DNA from: an uncultured Actinomycetota bacterium
Lineage (GTDB): Bacteria > Actinomycetota > Actinomycetes > Actinomycetales > CAVURS01
Assembly: GCA_963743975.1 (NCBI GenBank)
Contig: CAVURS010000003.1
Coordinates: 149,512 to 213,511 of the forward strand
DNA length: 64,000 bases
Direction: 5' to 3'
Part shown: positions 8,830 to 18,501 of the stretch, piece after piece
Layout: each line of letters opens with the position of its first letter
Numbering within the stretch: the stretch's first letter is position 1
The notes under the pieces: model-generated
Seen by the model: the letters and a program-made list of their open reading frames with translations, nothing else
Database searches by the model: none
What the model was told of the DNA's origin: nothing
Position numbers and translations under genes: made by a program

Positions 8830-10248
8830 ATGCCAGTTCGAGACTCAAACCGCAGGCGCCGGACCGCGGCCGTCGTCGTGGTGCTCGCCGTGTTCATGAC
8901 CAACCTCGACCTGTGGGTGGTCAACGTGGCACTCCCGTCGCTGGGCCACGCGTTCTCCGGGCCGGCCCACGCCGTGACGCTCGCCGACCTGTCGTGGGTG
9001 CTCAACGCCTACGCGATCACCCTGGCCGCGTTGCTCATCGTGATGGGACGGCTCGGCGACCGGATCGGCCAGAAGCCGGTCTTCATCGCCGGGGTCGTGG
9101 TCTTCACCGTCGCCTCGGCGGCGTGCGCGGCAGCTCCCGGCCTGGGCCTGCTGATCGTGGCCCGGGTCGTCCAGGCCGCCGGTGCGGCGGCCCAGCTGCC
9201 GACGTCGCTGGCCCTCCTGCTGGCGACCGTGCCCAGCGATCGGCGGATCTCGGCGACCCGGGGCTGGGCCGCGGTCGGCGGACTGGCCGCCGCCTCCGGT
9301 CCGGTCGTGGGCGGCCTGCTCGTCCAGGTCGACTGGCGCTGGGTCTTCGTGATCAACCTGCCGATCGGGCTGGCCGCCGTCCTCGTGGGCCTGCGGGTGC
9401 TGCCGGCCCCGGCGGCGCGGGAGACCGGACGGCTGCCGGACCTGCTGGGTGCGCTGCTCGTCACCGTGGCCATGGCGTCGCTGGCCGGTGCGCTGGTCCA
9501 GGCACCGTCCTGGGGCTGGCTGTCCGGCCGCACGCTCGGCCTGCTGGGGGTCTCGGCCGTCGCCTTCCTCTGGTTCGCGATCCGCTCCTCGCGTCACGCA
9601 TCACCGCTGATGGAGCTGCACCTGCTGCGGCTGCCGAGGTTCGGGTTGGCCGGTGCCGGGACGTTCGTCTTCGGCGTCGCCTTCGCGATCATGCTGCTGT
9701 CGAACGTGCTGTGGTGCCAGGAGCTGTGGGGCTGGTCGGCGGTGCGGACCGGCCTGGCGCTGGCCCCCGGGCCGGCGCTGGTCCCCGTCGTCACGATCCT
9801 GTCCGCCGGCGCCGCCCGCCGGTTCGGCCCCGGGCCCCTGGTCGCGGCGGGCGGCGTGCTCTTCGCGGCCGCGATGGGATGGCGGGCGGTGTTCGCCTCG
9901 CCCGCTGCGGCGTACGTCCACGACCTGCTGCCCAGCATGGTGCTCGGCGGCATCGGCGTCGGCCTGGCACTCGGAACCCTGGTCGCCGCGGGCGTCCAGT
10001 CACTGCCCGCCGCGCGGGCCGCGACCGGTTCGGCGCTGGTCAACGCGTTGCGGCAGATCTCGGCCACGGTCGGCGTCGCCGTGCTGGTCAGCCTGCTCGG
10101 CGCCGGGGTCAGGGTCGGCTCGGTCGCCGACTTCCGGGTCGCCTGGACGGTCGCCGCCGGACTGAGCGTGGTCACCCTGGGCATCGGTCTCGCTCTGAGT
10201 CCCCGGCGCAGCGGCGTGCCCGCTGCGGCCGAGCCGGTCGCGGCCTGA
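8830..10248 (+). CDS. MFS transporter, DHA2 (14-TMS, EmrB/QacA-like) drug:proton antiporter
   Basis: The 472-aa protein begins with LAVFMTNLDLWVVNVALPSL and contains GRLGDRIGQKPVF (MFS motif A-like), with hydrophobic segments throughout. Confidence 0.85.
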   Translation: MPVRDSNRRRRTAAVVVVLAVFMTNLDLWVVNVALPSLGHAFSGPAHAVTLADLSWVLNAYAITLAALLIVMGRLGDRIGQKPVFIAGVVVFTVASAACAAAPGLGLLIVARVVQAAGAAAQLPTSLALLLATVPSDRRISATRGWAAVGGLAAASGPVVGGLLVQVDWRWVFVINLPIGLAAVLVGLRVLPAPAARETGRLPDLLGALLVTVAMASLAGALVQAPSWGWLSGRTLGLLGVSAVAFLWFAIRSSRHASPLMELHLLRLPRFGLAGAGTFVFGVAFAIMLLSNVLWCQELWGWSAVRTGLALAPGPALVPVVTILSAGAARRFGPGPLVAAGGVLFAAAMGWRAVFASPAAAYVHDLLPSMVLGGIGVGLALGTLVAAGVQSLPAARAATGSALVNALRQISATVGVAVLVSLLGAGVRVGSVADFRVAWTVAAGLSVVTLGIGLALSPRRSGVPAAAEPVAA

Positions 10249-10263
10249 CGCCGCCGAGCCAGG

Positions 10264-11928
10264 TCAGGAGCCGCGGCGCAGCCGGATCCAGCGGTAGCCG
10301 TAGGGACCGAGCCGCAGGCCGTCCAACCGGCTGGTCAGCGCGCCGTACGACTGGTCGCAGAACACCTCGTACGGCCCGTCGCCGCCGTCCACCGGGCCCA
10401 GGTCGACGCTGACCGGGGTGTCGGAGAGGTTGTGCAGCAACAGGATCGAGCCCTCGGGGGCGTCGAAGCGGTGCGCGAGCACGGACCGTGGGAGGTCCCA
10501 GCCGGGGACGCTGATGTCGCCGACGCCGATCTCGGGGCACTCGCGCAGGACGCGGATCAGCTCCTCGAACCACCGCAGCAACGAGGCCGGGTCGGCCCGC
10601 TGGGTCTGCACGTTCGTCTGGCGCGCGCCGTACGGGCCGCGGGACTGCACCGGGCGCAGCAGGTCCTCCGGCGGTGCGGTCGAGAACCCGCCGGAACGAC
10701 CGGCGCTCCACTGCATCGGCGTGCGAATCGCGTCCCGGCCGGGCAGCTTGAGGTCCTCGCCCATGCCGATCTCCTCGCCGTACCGCAGGACCGGCGTGCC
10801 CGGCATCGTGAACTGCAGCGAGTAGGCGAGCTCGATGCGCCGGCGGTCGCCCTTCATCATCGGGGCCAGCCGGCGCCGGATGCCCCGGCCGAACTCCCTC
10901 ATGTCGGCGCGCGGGGCGAACGCACGCATGACGTCGCCGCGCTGCTCCGCGGTCAGCTTGCTCAGGTCGAGCTCGTCGTGGTTGCGCAGGAACGTCGCCC
11001 ACTGGGCCAGGGCCGCGATGCGCGGCATGGCCGAGAGCGCCTCGACCAGCGGCTCGGCGTCCGCGCGGGCCAGGGCCAGCCAGAGCTTGGCGTTGAGGGC
11101 GAACGCGAAGAGCATGTGGGCCCGGTCGTTCGGGCCGCCCTCCACCGCCGCGCAGTACTTCGGCAGGTCATCGGAGGACACGTTGGCCTCGCAGAGCAGG
11201 ACGGCCTGGCCCTCGCGCCACTGCACGTCCTCGCGCCACTGCTCGAGGATGGTGAAGTCCAGCGGCCCGTCCTCCTTGCCCGGGGCGATCTGCTCGAGGA
11301 CGAACGGCGCGGCGTCGATCCGGAAGCCCGAGGCACCGAGCTGCAGCCAGAAGGCCATGACCTTGCGGATCTCGGCCCGGACCGCGGGGTTCGTCCAGTT
11401 CAGGTCGGGCTGGAAGTCGTAGAAGCGGTGGAAGTACCACTCGCCGGCCGTGCTGTCGTACGTCCAGGTCTCGGTCTGCTCTCCGGGGAAGACGATGCCC
11501 TGCGTCCGATCCGGCGGCTCCTGGGCGCTCCACACGTACCAGTCGCGGTAGGGCGAGGCCGGGTCGCTGCGGGCCGACTGGAACCACGGATGCTGGTCCG
11601 AGGTGTGGTTGACGACGAGGTCGATGAGGACCCGCATGCCGCGCGAGCGGGCCTGCGTGGCCAGCTCCACGAAGTCGCCCAGCGACCCGAGGCGCTCGTC
11701 GACCCCGTAGTAGTCGCTCACGTCGTAGCCGCCGTCGCGCTGGGGCGAGGGGTGGATCGGGTTCAGCCACAGGCAGGTGACCCCGAGCCGGGCCAGGTAG
11801 TCCAGCCGGGAGGTCAGCCCAGGGAGGTCGCCACAGCCGTCGCCGTTCGAGTCCTGGAAGCAGTCCACCTCGACGCAGTAGATGACCGCTTCCTTGTACC
11901 AGCGCTCCGACACGCGTCGTCCTCCCAC
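10264..11928 (-). CDS. GH13 alpha-amylase-family enzyme (trehalose synthase / alpha-glucosidase-like)
   Basis: GH13 conserved regions are visible: DLVVNHTS (region I), GFRIDAAPF (region II), LLCEANV (region III) and FLRNHDEL (region IV). The N-terminal WYKEAVIY...DSNGDGCGDLPG segment is also present. Confidence 0.85.
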   Translation of the reverse strand: MGGRRVSERWYKEAVIYCVEVDCFQDSNGDGCGDLPGLTSRLDYLARLGVTCLWLNPIHPSPQRDGGYDVSDYYGVDERLGSLGDFVELATQARSRGMRVLIDLVVNHTSDQHPWFQSARSDPASPYRDWYVWSAQEPPDRTQGIVFPGEQTETWTYDSTAGEWYFHRFYDFQPDLNWTNPAVRAEIRKVMAFWLQLGASGFRIDAAPFVLEQIAPGKEDGPLDFTILEQWREDVQWREGQAVLLCEANVSSDDLPKYCAAVEGGPNDRAHMLFAFALNAKLWLALARADAEPLVEALSAMPRIAALAQWATFLRNHDELDLSKLTAEQRGDVMRAFAPRADMREFGRGIRRRLAPMMKGDRRRIELAYSLQFTMPGTPVLRYGEEIGMGEDLKLPGRDAIRTPMQWSAGRSGGFSTAPPEDLLRPVQSRGPYGARQTNVQTQRADPASLLRWFEELIRVLRECPEIGVGDISVPGWDLPRSVLAHRFDAPEGSILLLHNLSDTPVSVDLGPVDGGDGPYEVFCDQSYGALTSRLDGLRLGPYGYRWIRLRRGS

Positions 11929-12048
11929 CGATGGCCGCCGACCATTACACCCCGTCGGCCGGTTTCCGGCGCCCCGACGAGGCCGAGATGCGGGAACGGC
12001 GGGCGTCCCTCAGGATCGAGACCCATACCTAGTGGAGAGGGGTGCGCC

Positions 12049-12333
12049 ATGGTCGGCCTGATCATCAGCCTCATCGTCATCGGCCTGATCGCGGGGGCCC
12101 TGGCCCGGCTGATCGTTCCCGGCAAGCAGGAGATGTCCATCCTCATGACGATCGTCCTGGGGATCGTGGGGTCGTTCGTCGGCGGCTTCCTGGGCTACCT
12201 GATCTTCCACCACGACAGCAACGGCGGGTTCTTCCAGCCCTCCGGCATCATCGGATCGATCATCGGCGCGATCATCGTGCTGCTGATCTGGATGCGGGTC
12301 GGGGGGAACAACCGGCGCGCCGTCCGGGGCTGA
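12049..12333 (+). CDS. GlsB/YeaQ/YmgE-family small stress membrane protein
   Basis: The ATG at 12049 is preceded by GGAGAGGGG. The sequence MVGLIISLIVIGLIAGALARLIVPGKQEMSILMTIVLGIVGSFVGGFLG is the typical transglycosylase-associated family pattern. It forms the tail of the spurious 633-aa ORF 10432..12333. Confidence 0.85.
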   Translation: MVGLIISLIVIGLIAGALARLIVPGKQEMSILMTIVLGIVGSFVGGFLGYLIFHHDSNGGFFQPSGIIGSIIGAIIVLLIWMRVGGNNRRAVRG

Positions 12334-12343
12334 CCGCGCGGCC

Positions 12344-12943
12344 TCAGCCGTGCGCCCGGAGCTGGGCGTCCGGCCGGTCGAGCAGCCCCCGCACGGCGGG
12401 GACGACGTCATCGATCGTCGCGACCGTGTGCGCCAGCGCCAGGTCGGCCGGCCCGACGACCAGCTCGGCGCCGAAGGCGTCGACGAGACGCCGCCAGCCG
12501 TCGCCGACCAGCACGAGCGAGGCGGCGCCCGGCTCGGTCTGCACGGCCGCCCACACCGCGCTGGCCTCGGCGAGCGTCCCGACGCCACCGGGCAGCGCGA
12601 CGACGGCCGTCGCCCCGAGCAGGTGGCGCATCCGCTCGGCGTAGTCCGCGCTCCACCGCAGCTCGGCGTGGTCGGCGTGCGGGGTCAGGTGGTCCCAGGC
12701 CCGCATGGGCAGGCCGACCGTGTGGCCACCCGCGCCGGCCGCGCCCGATGCGGCGGCCCCCATCAGGCCGCCGTACCCGCCGGTCACGACGGTCCACCCC
12801 GCACCGGCGAGGGCCGCGCCGAGGCGCACCGCGTCGGCGTACCGGCCGTCCTCGGGACCGATCCGGGCCGAGCCGATGACCGCGACCTCGACCGCGACGG
12901 GCGCGGTGCCGGTGCGGTCAGCCGGCGACGAGCTGGTAGCCAC
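12344..12943 (-). CDS. LOG-family / TIGR00725-type Rossmann protein (putative nucleotide phosphoribohydrolase)
   Basis: Motifs VVTGGYGGLMGAA and VALPGGVGTLAE are present. The GTG at 12943 is the only in-frame start upstream of beta-1 (VAVIGSAR), and it overlaps the preceding gene by 26 nt. Confidence 0.75.
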   Translation of the reverse strand: MATSSSPADRTGTAPVAVEVAVIGSARIGPEDGRYADAVRLGAALAGAGWTVVTGGYGGLMGAAASGAAGAGGHTVGLPMRAWDHLTPHADHAELRWSADYAERMRHLLGATAVVALPGGVGTLAEASAVWAAVQTEPGAASLVLVGDGWRRLVDAFGAELVVGPADLALAHTVATIDDVVPAVRGLLDRPDAQLRAHG

Positions 12944-13871
12944 GGACGCCCTTTCGCGAGGAGAACGTGACGATGACCCCGCGCAGGACGCCCTCGCTGT
13001 ACTCGCTGCCCGGGTTCAGGGCGAGGGTGCGGCCGATGCGGGCCTCGCCGCGGGACTCGTGGATGTGGCCGTGCAGGGTGAGCATCGGCTGGTACGCCGC
13101 GATGGCGTCGCGGACCGCCGAGCTGCCGACCCCGGTGATGACCGGGGAGCCGCCCTTGACCACCGGACGGAAGTCCTCGTCCAGCGCCATCGCCTGGTCG
13201 ATCGGCGTGTCGACGGGCGGGACGTGGAGGTTGAACACCGCGCGGCCCGGATCGTCGAGCTTGGCCACCTCGTCGTCGATCATCGCCCGCAGGTCGGCTT
13301 CGTCCAGCTCGCGCGGTGACGCCCACGGCGTGCGGTTGGAGTAGCCCACCGACACCATCGAGAAGCCGCCGGGGAGCTCGACCACGCGCCGGTCGGGGTT
13401 GATCACCGACGCGCTGCTCGACAGCAGGTCGTCGATGAACAGCGGGTCGTCGTTCCCCGGGGCGAAGATGCACTGGATGCCCGTGCCGGCCAGGCGGTCC
13501 TCGGCCATGTCGATCCAGCGGCTCATCGTCTCGTTCATCAGCGTGCGGAACAGCTCGTCGACGGCGCTCGGGTCGTCCCGGAGGGCCTGCAGCTCGTCCG
13601 GGCTCATCGGATGCGCGTAGAAGCCGGCGTCGGCGATGAACTTGTTCAGGCCGGGCAGGCCGTCTGCGTCGACGGTCCGCTGCCGTCCGAACAGGTGCGC
13701 GGAGTAGCTGCCCGGGGAGTCCTCGACGACGGGCACGATCATCTTGCCGGTGATGTCACCGCCCATCACGACTGCGTCGACGCCGTAGAACCTCCCGGCG
13801 TTGAGGAACTTGCGCAGGCAGACGTCCGAGCCGTGGATGTCCGTCGCGAAGAAGACCTTGGCGTCCTTCAC
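12918..13871 (-). CDS. calcineurin-like metallophosphoesterase
   Basis: Nested in ORF 12918..14972, with a GTG start at 13871. Motifs present: FFATDIHGS, VVMGGDITGK, FAPGNDD and LHGHIHE. Its start overlaps the upstream stop codon (GTGA). Confidence 0.75.
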   Translation of the reverse strand: MKDAKVFFATDIHGSDVCLRKFLNAGRFYGVDAVVMGGDITGKMIVPVVEDSPGSYSAHLFGRQRTVDADGLPGLNKFIADAGFYAHPMSPDELQALRDDPSAVDELFRTLMNETMSRWIDMAEDRLAGTGIQCIFAPGNDDPLFIDDLLSSSASVINPDRRVVELPGGFSMVSVGYSNRTPWASPRELDEADLRAMIDDEVAKLDDPGRAVFNLHVPPVDTPIDQAMALDEDFRPVVKGGSPVITGVGSSAVRDAIAAYQPMLTLHGHIHESRGEARIGRTLALNPGSEYSEGVLRGVIVTFSSRKGVRGYQLVAG

Positions 13872-14677
13872 CGCACCGCACCTCTGTTCACTTCTTCCGG
13901 GAGCTCGTACCAGGGGGTCTTGCGGCCCACCACGCTGCGAGCCCGCCAGCGGATGGACTTCGAGGACTGGTCCAGCGCGCTGCGCAGCCGGCCGACGCGG
14001 TCCGTGACCACGGCTGCGCCGGCGCCGTCCAGGAGCTCCGTCGCCGTCCCCGGCAGCCGGTCGAGGTTGTCGGTGAACGTCGTGTACCAGCCCCAGTCGG
14101 CGCTGGTGACGGTGGTCAGCCGCGGCACCGACAGCCGGTCCGGCACCGACGGCTCGCCCGCGTGGTCGGCTCGGCCCGCTGCGGCATCGGTCGACAGCTC
14201 GTGGCTCAGCACCAGCCGGACGCCGTCGACCAGGTCCTTGTGGTTGATCTCGGCGATCTGCAGCTTGGTGAGCAGCAGGTCGGCGGCGTCGAGCGAGAGG
14301 GGGTGCTCGGACAGCCGCCGGCCGAGGTCCAGCTCGTGGCACATGGCGAAGACACCGACGAAGACGTCGAGCTGCCGCCCGTTGGCCGTGTCGTAGAACA
14401 GCATCCGCCGGGCCCCGTGGACGGCGTTGAACCGCTCGTTGGCGACGTACCCCAGGCCGTCGAGGGCGGCCGCCGTCGCCCGGGTCGACTTGGCCGGCAC
14501 CACGATGTCGATGTCGCCGTACGTCCGCTGGAGACCGGGCGGCACCGGGCCGTGCTCGTGCAGCGCGACGCCCACGCCGCCGAGCACGCGGGCGTGGACC
14601 CCGGCCCGTTCGGCTCCGGCCACGACCCGACGGGCCTCGGCGATCACGTCCGGGTTCGGCACCTGCTGCTCGCTCAT
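13868..14677 (-). CDS. Pol-beta-fold nucleotidyltransferase-family protein (uncharacterised NTase)
   Basis: Nested in ORF 13868..15037, with an ATG at 14677. The pattern RVLGGVGVAL...YGDIDIVVP fits G[GS]...DxD. Its start overlaps the SIS gene stop codon (ATGA). Confidence 0.65.
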   Translation of the reverse strand: MSEQQVPNPDVIAEARRVVAGAERAGVHARVLGGVGVALHEHGPVPPGLQRTYGDIDIVVPAKSTRATAAALDGLGYVANERFNAVHGARRMLFYDTANGRQLDVFVGVFAMCHELDLGRRLSEHPLSLDAADLLLTKLQIAEINHKDLVDGVRLVLSHELSTDAAAGRADHAGEPSVPDRLSVPRLTTVTSADWGWYTTFTDNLDRLPGTATELLDGAGAAVVTDRVGRLRSALDQSSKSIRWRARSVVGRKTPWYELPEEVNRGAVR

Positions 14678-15759
14678 GCCGGCTCGCCGATCGTCGCCCG
14701 GTGGATCGTGTCGTAGTGCTCGGCCCGGCTCGCCTCGTCGGGGAAGTTGTACGACTGCTTGCCGGCGAGCCGGGCCAGGTGGAAGCCCATGAGGGCCAGG
14801 GGGAGCGAGGCGGTGACGGGCGACAGCTCCTCGGCCACGCCCGCGCCGAGCGGGAGGTGCAGCACGCTGCCGCCGTCCCCCTCGGGCAGTGGCCCGTCCG
14901 TGACCACCACGGCGTCGGCGCCCACGAAACGCAGCTCGGACAGGATCTCCAGCCCGCGGTCGTGCGCGGCACCGGTCGGGTTCACGAGCACCACCGCGGT
15001 GCCCGCAGTGGTGACGAAGTACTCCTCGTGGGCCCATTCCTCGAGGTTGGTCGACACCCCCAGCTGCTGCGGCCCCTCGAACAGCTTGGCCGCACCGAAA
15101 CGCGCCGTCGCCTCGTTCGGCCCGGCGCCCAGGAACGTGACCCAGGGGCGCCCGACGAGGCGCTCGGCCGCGGCCACCGCCGGGTCCGCGGCGGCGTCCA
15201 GGGTCTGCTGCACCCGCTCGGGCAGCTCGTCGAGCTGGCGCCGCAGCGTGTCGTCGCCCTGGGTCAGCTCGGCGAGCGCGGCCGCCAGCCGCAGCAGGTT
15301 GCCCAGCATCGCGACGTACGTCGAGGTGCCGGGCGAGAAGCCGAGCGTGGTGACGTCCAGCGGGACGACCACCTCGCTGGCCTGACCCATCTGGCCGGCC
15401 GGGTCGTTCGTCAGCGCGTACGTCGGGTGCCCGAACCGGCGGCTCTGCACGATGGCCTCGGTCGTCCGGCCGACCTTGCCGGAGAACGACACGCCCAGCA
15501 CGGCGCTGCGCGGCGGGAGGTAGCGCACGTCGTACCGCGCGAGGTCGAGCGCGTGCACCGGGTGCGGCGTCAGGCCCGTGTGCCGCAGGAACGCGAGTGC
15601 GGCGGCCTGACCGGCGAACGCACTGTCGCCGCAGCCGGTCAGCCAGAGGTGTGAGATCTCCTGCGCGACAAGGGATTTGGCCAGGGCCGTCAGGTGGCCG
15701 CCCGAGTCCGCGACCGCGTCAGCCACGACGTCGGGGATCATCGCGATCTCACGGCGCAT
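14674..15759 (-). CDS. double-SIS-domain protein (FrlB / GlmS-isomerase-like sugar-phosphate deglycase or isomerase)
   Basis: The sequence MRREIAMIPDVV...ISHLWLTGCGDSAFAG...VLGVSFSGKVGRTTEA...WVTFLGAGPNEATARFGAAKLFE shows two SIS repeats. It is read in frame with the kinase C-terminus in ORF 14674..16401. Confidence 0.8.
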   Translation of the reverse strand: MRREIAMIPDVVADAVADSGGHLTALAKSLVAQEISHLWLTGCGDSAFAGQAAALAFLRHTGLTPHPVHALDLARYDVRYLPPRSAVLGVSFSGKVGRTTEAIVQSRRFGHPTYALTNDPAGQMGQASEVVVPLDVTTLGFSPGTSTYVAMLGNLLRLAAALAELTQGDDTLRRQLDELPERVQQTLDAAADPAVAAAERLVGRPWVTFLGAGPNEATARFGAAKLFEGPQQLGVSTNLEEWAHEEYFVTTAGTAVVLVNPTGAAHDRGLEILSELRFVGADAVVVTDGPLPEGDGGSVLHLPLGAGVAEELSPVTASLPLALMGFHLARLAGKQSYNFPDEASRAEHYDTIHRATIGEPA

Positions 15760-16783
15760 CACCTCGATCTGGTAGCCGTCCGCGTCGTCGTCGGGCCGTT
15801 CGGTGGCCGTCGTGGCCGGTGCACCGGTGGGGGGCGTGGCCGGCATCGAGGTGGCCCGGCCGGCCAGCTCGGCCGCCTCCCGGCGAATCGCCGCCCGGTC
15901 GACGCCGGGGCCGAGCAGGCGCAGGCTGCCGGAGGACCGGATCGCCACGCCGGCGGCGGCCACCCCGAGCGCGGTCGCCGCCAGCAGCTCCGATCCCGTG
16001 GCGAGGGCGGCCGCGACGCCGCCGCAGAAGGTGTCACCGGCACCCGTGGTGTCGACCGGGTCGGTGGCCGGCGCGGGGACGTGGTGGATGCGGCCGCCCT
16101 CGAGCAGGTACGCCCCGTCGGCACCGGCCTTGACGACCGCGGCGGTCAGGCCGGCCTCGGCCAGCGCCCGCAGGCCGTCCTCGGCCGTCCGGGTCGACGG
16201 TGAGCTCCTGCAGCTCCTCCAGGCTGGGCTCGAACAGGTCCACGGCCGAGGCCAGGGCGAGCAGCCGGTCCCGCACGGGCGCGACCCAGTCCTCGTGGGT
16301 GTCCAGGGTGATCCGGGCCTGCGGTGCGAGCGCCCGGACCGCCGCGACGACCTGCTCGGCATTGCGCAGGGGCATGGCGGCCACGTGCACGACCGCCGCA
16401 CCCTGCAGGACCGCGGGCGTCAGGTCCTGCGGCTGCGGCGCCACCTCGGCCGACCGGCCTTCGGGGGTGCGGTAGATCCACCGCCGCCGGCCGTCCTCCT
16501 CGTAGACGACCCAGTTGCGGACGGTCGGCCCGTCCGTCGCGACGACGCCTGACACGTCGGCACCGGCCGCGGCCAGCGCGTCCAGCGCCTCGGGTGCGAA
16601 GTCCTCACCCTTGCGGGTCACGACGGCGACGGCGGCCCCGCAGGCCAGAGCGGCGGACGCGGAGTGCACGGTGTTGCCGCCGAGTGTGCCCATCGCCGTA
16701 CGGCCGTCGGGCTGGACCACGTCGTCGATCGTCAGGTTCCCGACGACGACGACGCGGCCCGTGCGGTGGTGGAAGTCAACGGC
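15760..16783 (-). pseudogene. PfkB-family sugar/fructosamine kinase, frame-disrupted and in-frame with the downstream SIS gene
   Basis: The N-terminal half (RVVVVGNLTIDDVVQPDG...LFEPSLEELQELT) lies in the frame of ORF 16034..16720. The C-terminal half (TAEDGLRALAEAGLTAAVVKAGADGAYL...DTTGAGDTFCGG) lies in the frame of ORF 14674..16401. The frame switches near 16185-16200. There is no canonical in-frame start upstream of beta-1. Confidence 0.6.
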
Positions 16784-18457
16784 TCACTCCGGGGGGATCT
16801 CACGGTAGGCCAGCGCGAGGTCGACGCCGCGGCGCCGGTTGAGGCTCCAGGCCACGGCGTACCAGATCGCGCCGACCACGACGACGCCGACCATGAACTT
16901 CAGCGAGATGCCGCGGGTGACCGCGAAGGTGGCGTTGACGGTGTTGTTGGCGATGAACATGATCATCAGGCCACCCAGCGCGATGACCCCTCCGATGCCG
17001 GCGAGCGTGACGGCCGGCACGCCGAGGATCCGCCGCGCGCCGCCGCCCTCCCAGATCTGCGGGAGACGGTAGGGGAACACGATCCCCGCGATGCTCACCA
17101 CGATGAAGGCGACGATCTGGGCGAGCAAGGCACCGAGCAGGCTGGCCTGCGGGATGCGGACGAGGGCGATCAGCGCAACCACGCCGGTGACGCCGCAGAG
17201 GAGGATGGCCTTGACCGGTGTGTGGTACCGGTCGTTGACCTCGCCCAGCTGCTTCGGCGCGGTGCGGTCGAGGGACCAGGCCAGCATGTAGCGCGTGGCC
17301 TGCAGGGTCGACAACGGCGTGCCCATGAGGGCCCAGAGGATGAAGCCGACGCCGATCAGCAGCAGCAGCGGCACGCTGCCGGTGAGCATGCTGCCCATCA
17401 GGACGATGCTGGGCGGCAGCCCACCGGGAAGGCCCAGCTTGTCCGGTGCGGTGTTGTTCAGGTACGACAGGCTCGAGCCCCAGGTGCTGCCGACCGTGTG
17501 CTGGTAGAGCAGCACGATCAGCGCGAGCACGAGGCCGTTGATGAGGACGCCGCCGACCATCGCGAAGTACTGCGTGCGGCTGGCCCGCTTGACCTCTCCG
17601 CCGATCTGCGCGGAGCCCTGGGCGTAGCCCACGACGAAGAACACCCACGGCAGCATCAGGATCGTGGCCGTCAGGCTGAAGCCCTTCGTCCCGGCGAACC
17701 CGGCCGACTTCGCCGTGCTCACGATGTTCTCGTAGGCCAGGCCCTTGTTGGCGCTGGCGAACCTGTCCCAGTGCTGGGCGATGTCCCCGCCGCGGAAGAG
17801 CAGCAGGCCGGCGACGAGCAGCAGGCACAGGCCGGCCAGGCCGAACAGCCACTTCTGCAGCCGCCAGTAGGACTGCGACCCGTAGATCAGCACGGCGCAG
17901 AAGCCGAACGTCAGCAGCGCTCCGAACAGGATCACCCACCACTGCGTGGTGATGCCGAGGACCGTGTGCTGGGCCAGCAGCGAGTTGCTGGCGTCGATGA
18001 AGCCCGTGTGCCCGGTGACCGCGCCGATCGTCGTGAACGTGACCGGCACGGCGAAGGTCAGCGCGAACCACGCGTTGAAGCCGATCCAGAAGAAGATCAG
18101 CCACATGCCCTGGCTGAACGACAGCAGCCAGCCCACGATCGGGTGGAGGGCCCGGCTGACGAAGACGTAGTCACCGCCGGACCGCGGCATCGCGGCCGAG
18201 AACTCCGCGTAGACCCAGAGCAGCGTGAAGGCCATCACCAGCGTCCCGATGACGATGGCGAGCAGCATGTTGCCGCCCGGGAAGTTGCCCGGCGCCTGGA
18301 GGAGCAGGAACACCGCGCCGAGAGCGACGTTCATCCCCAGGCTGTTCATGATCAGGGCGTCCCACTTGGACACCTCCCGGACCAGGCCGGTGGCGTTCCG
18401 GACGAACAGCTGGCCGCCTTCCGCGAAGTCGGACGGCATCGATACGTCGCTAGCCAT
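16784..18457 (-). CDS. APC-family amino-acid/amine permease (FrlA-like)
   Basis: 557-aa multi-TM protein with FSAAMPRSGGDYVFVSRAL (an APC signature-like segment). It lies directly downstream of the GntR gene after a 44-nt gap. Confidence 0.85.
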   Translation of the reverse strand: MASDVSMPSDFAEGGQLFVRNATGLVREVSKWDALIMNSLGMNVALGAVFLLLQAPGNFPGGNMLLAIVIGTLVMAFTLLWVYAEFSAAMPRSGGDYVFVSRALHPIVGWLLSFSQGMWLIFFWIGFNAWFALTFAVPVTFTTIGAVTGHTGFIDASNSLLAQHTVLGITTQWWVILFGALLTFGFCAVLIYGSQSYWRLQKWLFGLAGLCLLLVAGLLLFRGGDIAQHWDRFASANKGLAYENIVSTAKSAGFAGTKGFSLTATILMLPWVFFVVGYAQGSAQIGGEVKRASRTQYFAMVGGVLINGLVLALIVLLYQHTVGSTWGSSLSYLNNTAPDKLGLPGGLPPSIVLMGSMLTGSVPLLLLIGVGFILWALMGTPLSTLQATRYMLAWSLDRTAPKQLGEVNDRYHTPVKAILLCGVTGVVALIALVRIPQASLLGALLAQIVAFIVVSIAGIVFPYRLPQIWEGGGARRILGVPAVTLAGIGGVIALGGLMIMFIANNTVNATFAVTRGISLKFMVGVVVVGAIWYAVAWSLNRRRGVDLALAYREIPPE

Positions 18458-18501
18458 TTCTCCTCCAGCGTCATTGCAGGGTGAGTGGTGTGGGGTCGGG
18501 C

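Noticed and set aside
10432-12333. A 633-aa plus-strand ORF.
   Set aside because: Only its last 95 codons, from the ATG at 12049, encode a recognisable GlsB/YeaQ protein. The rest is antisense to the GH13 gene.
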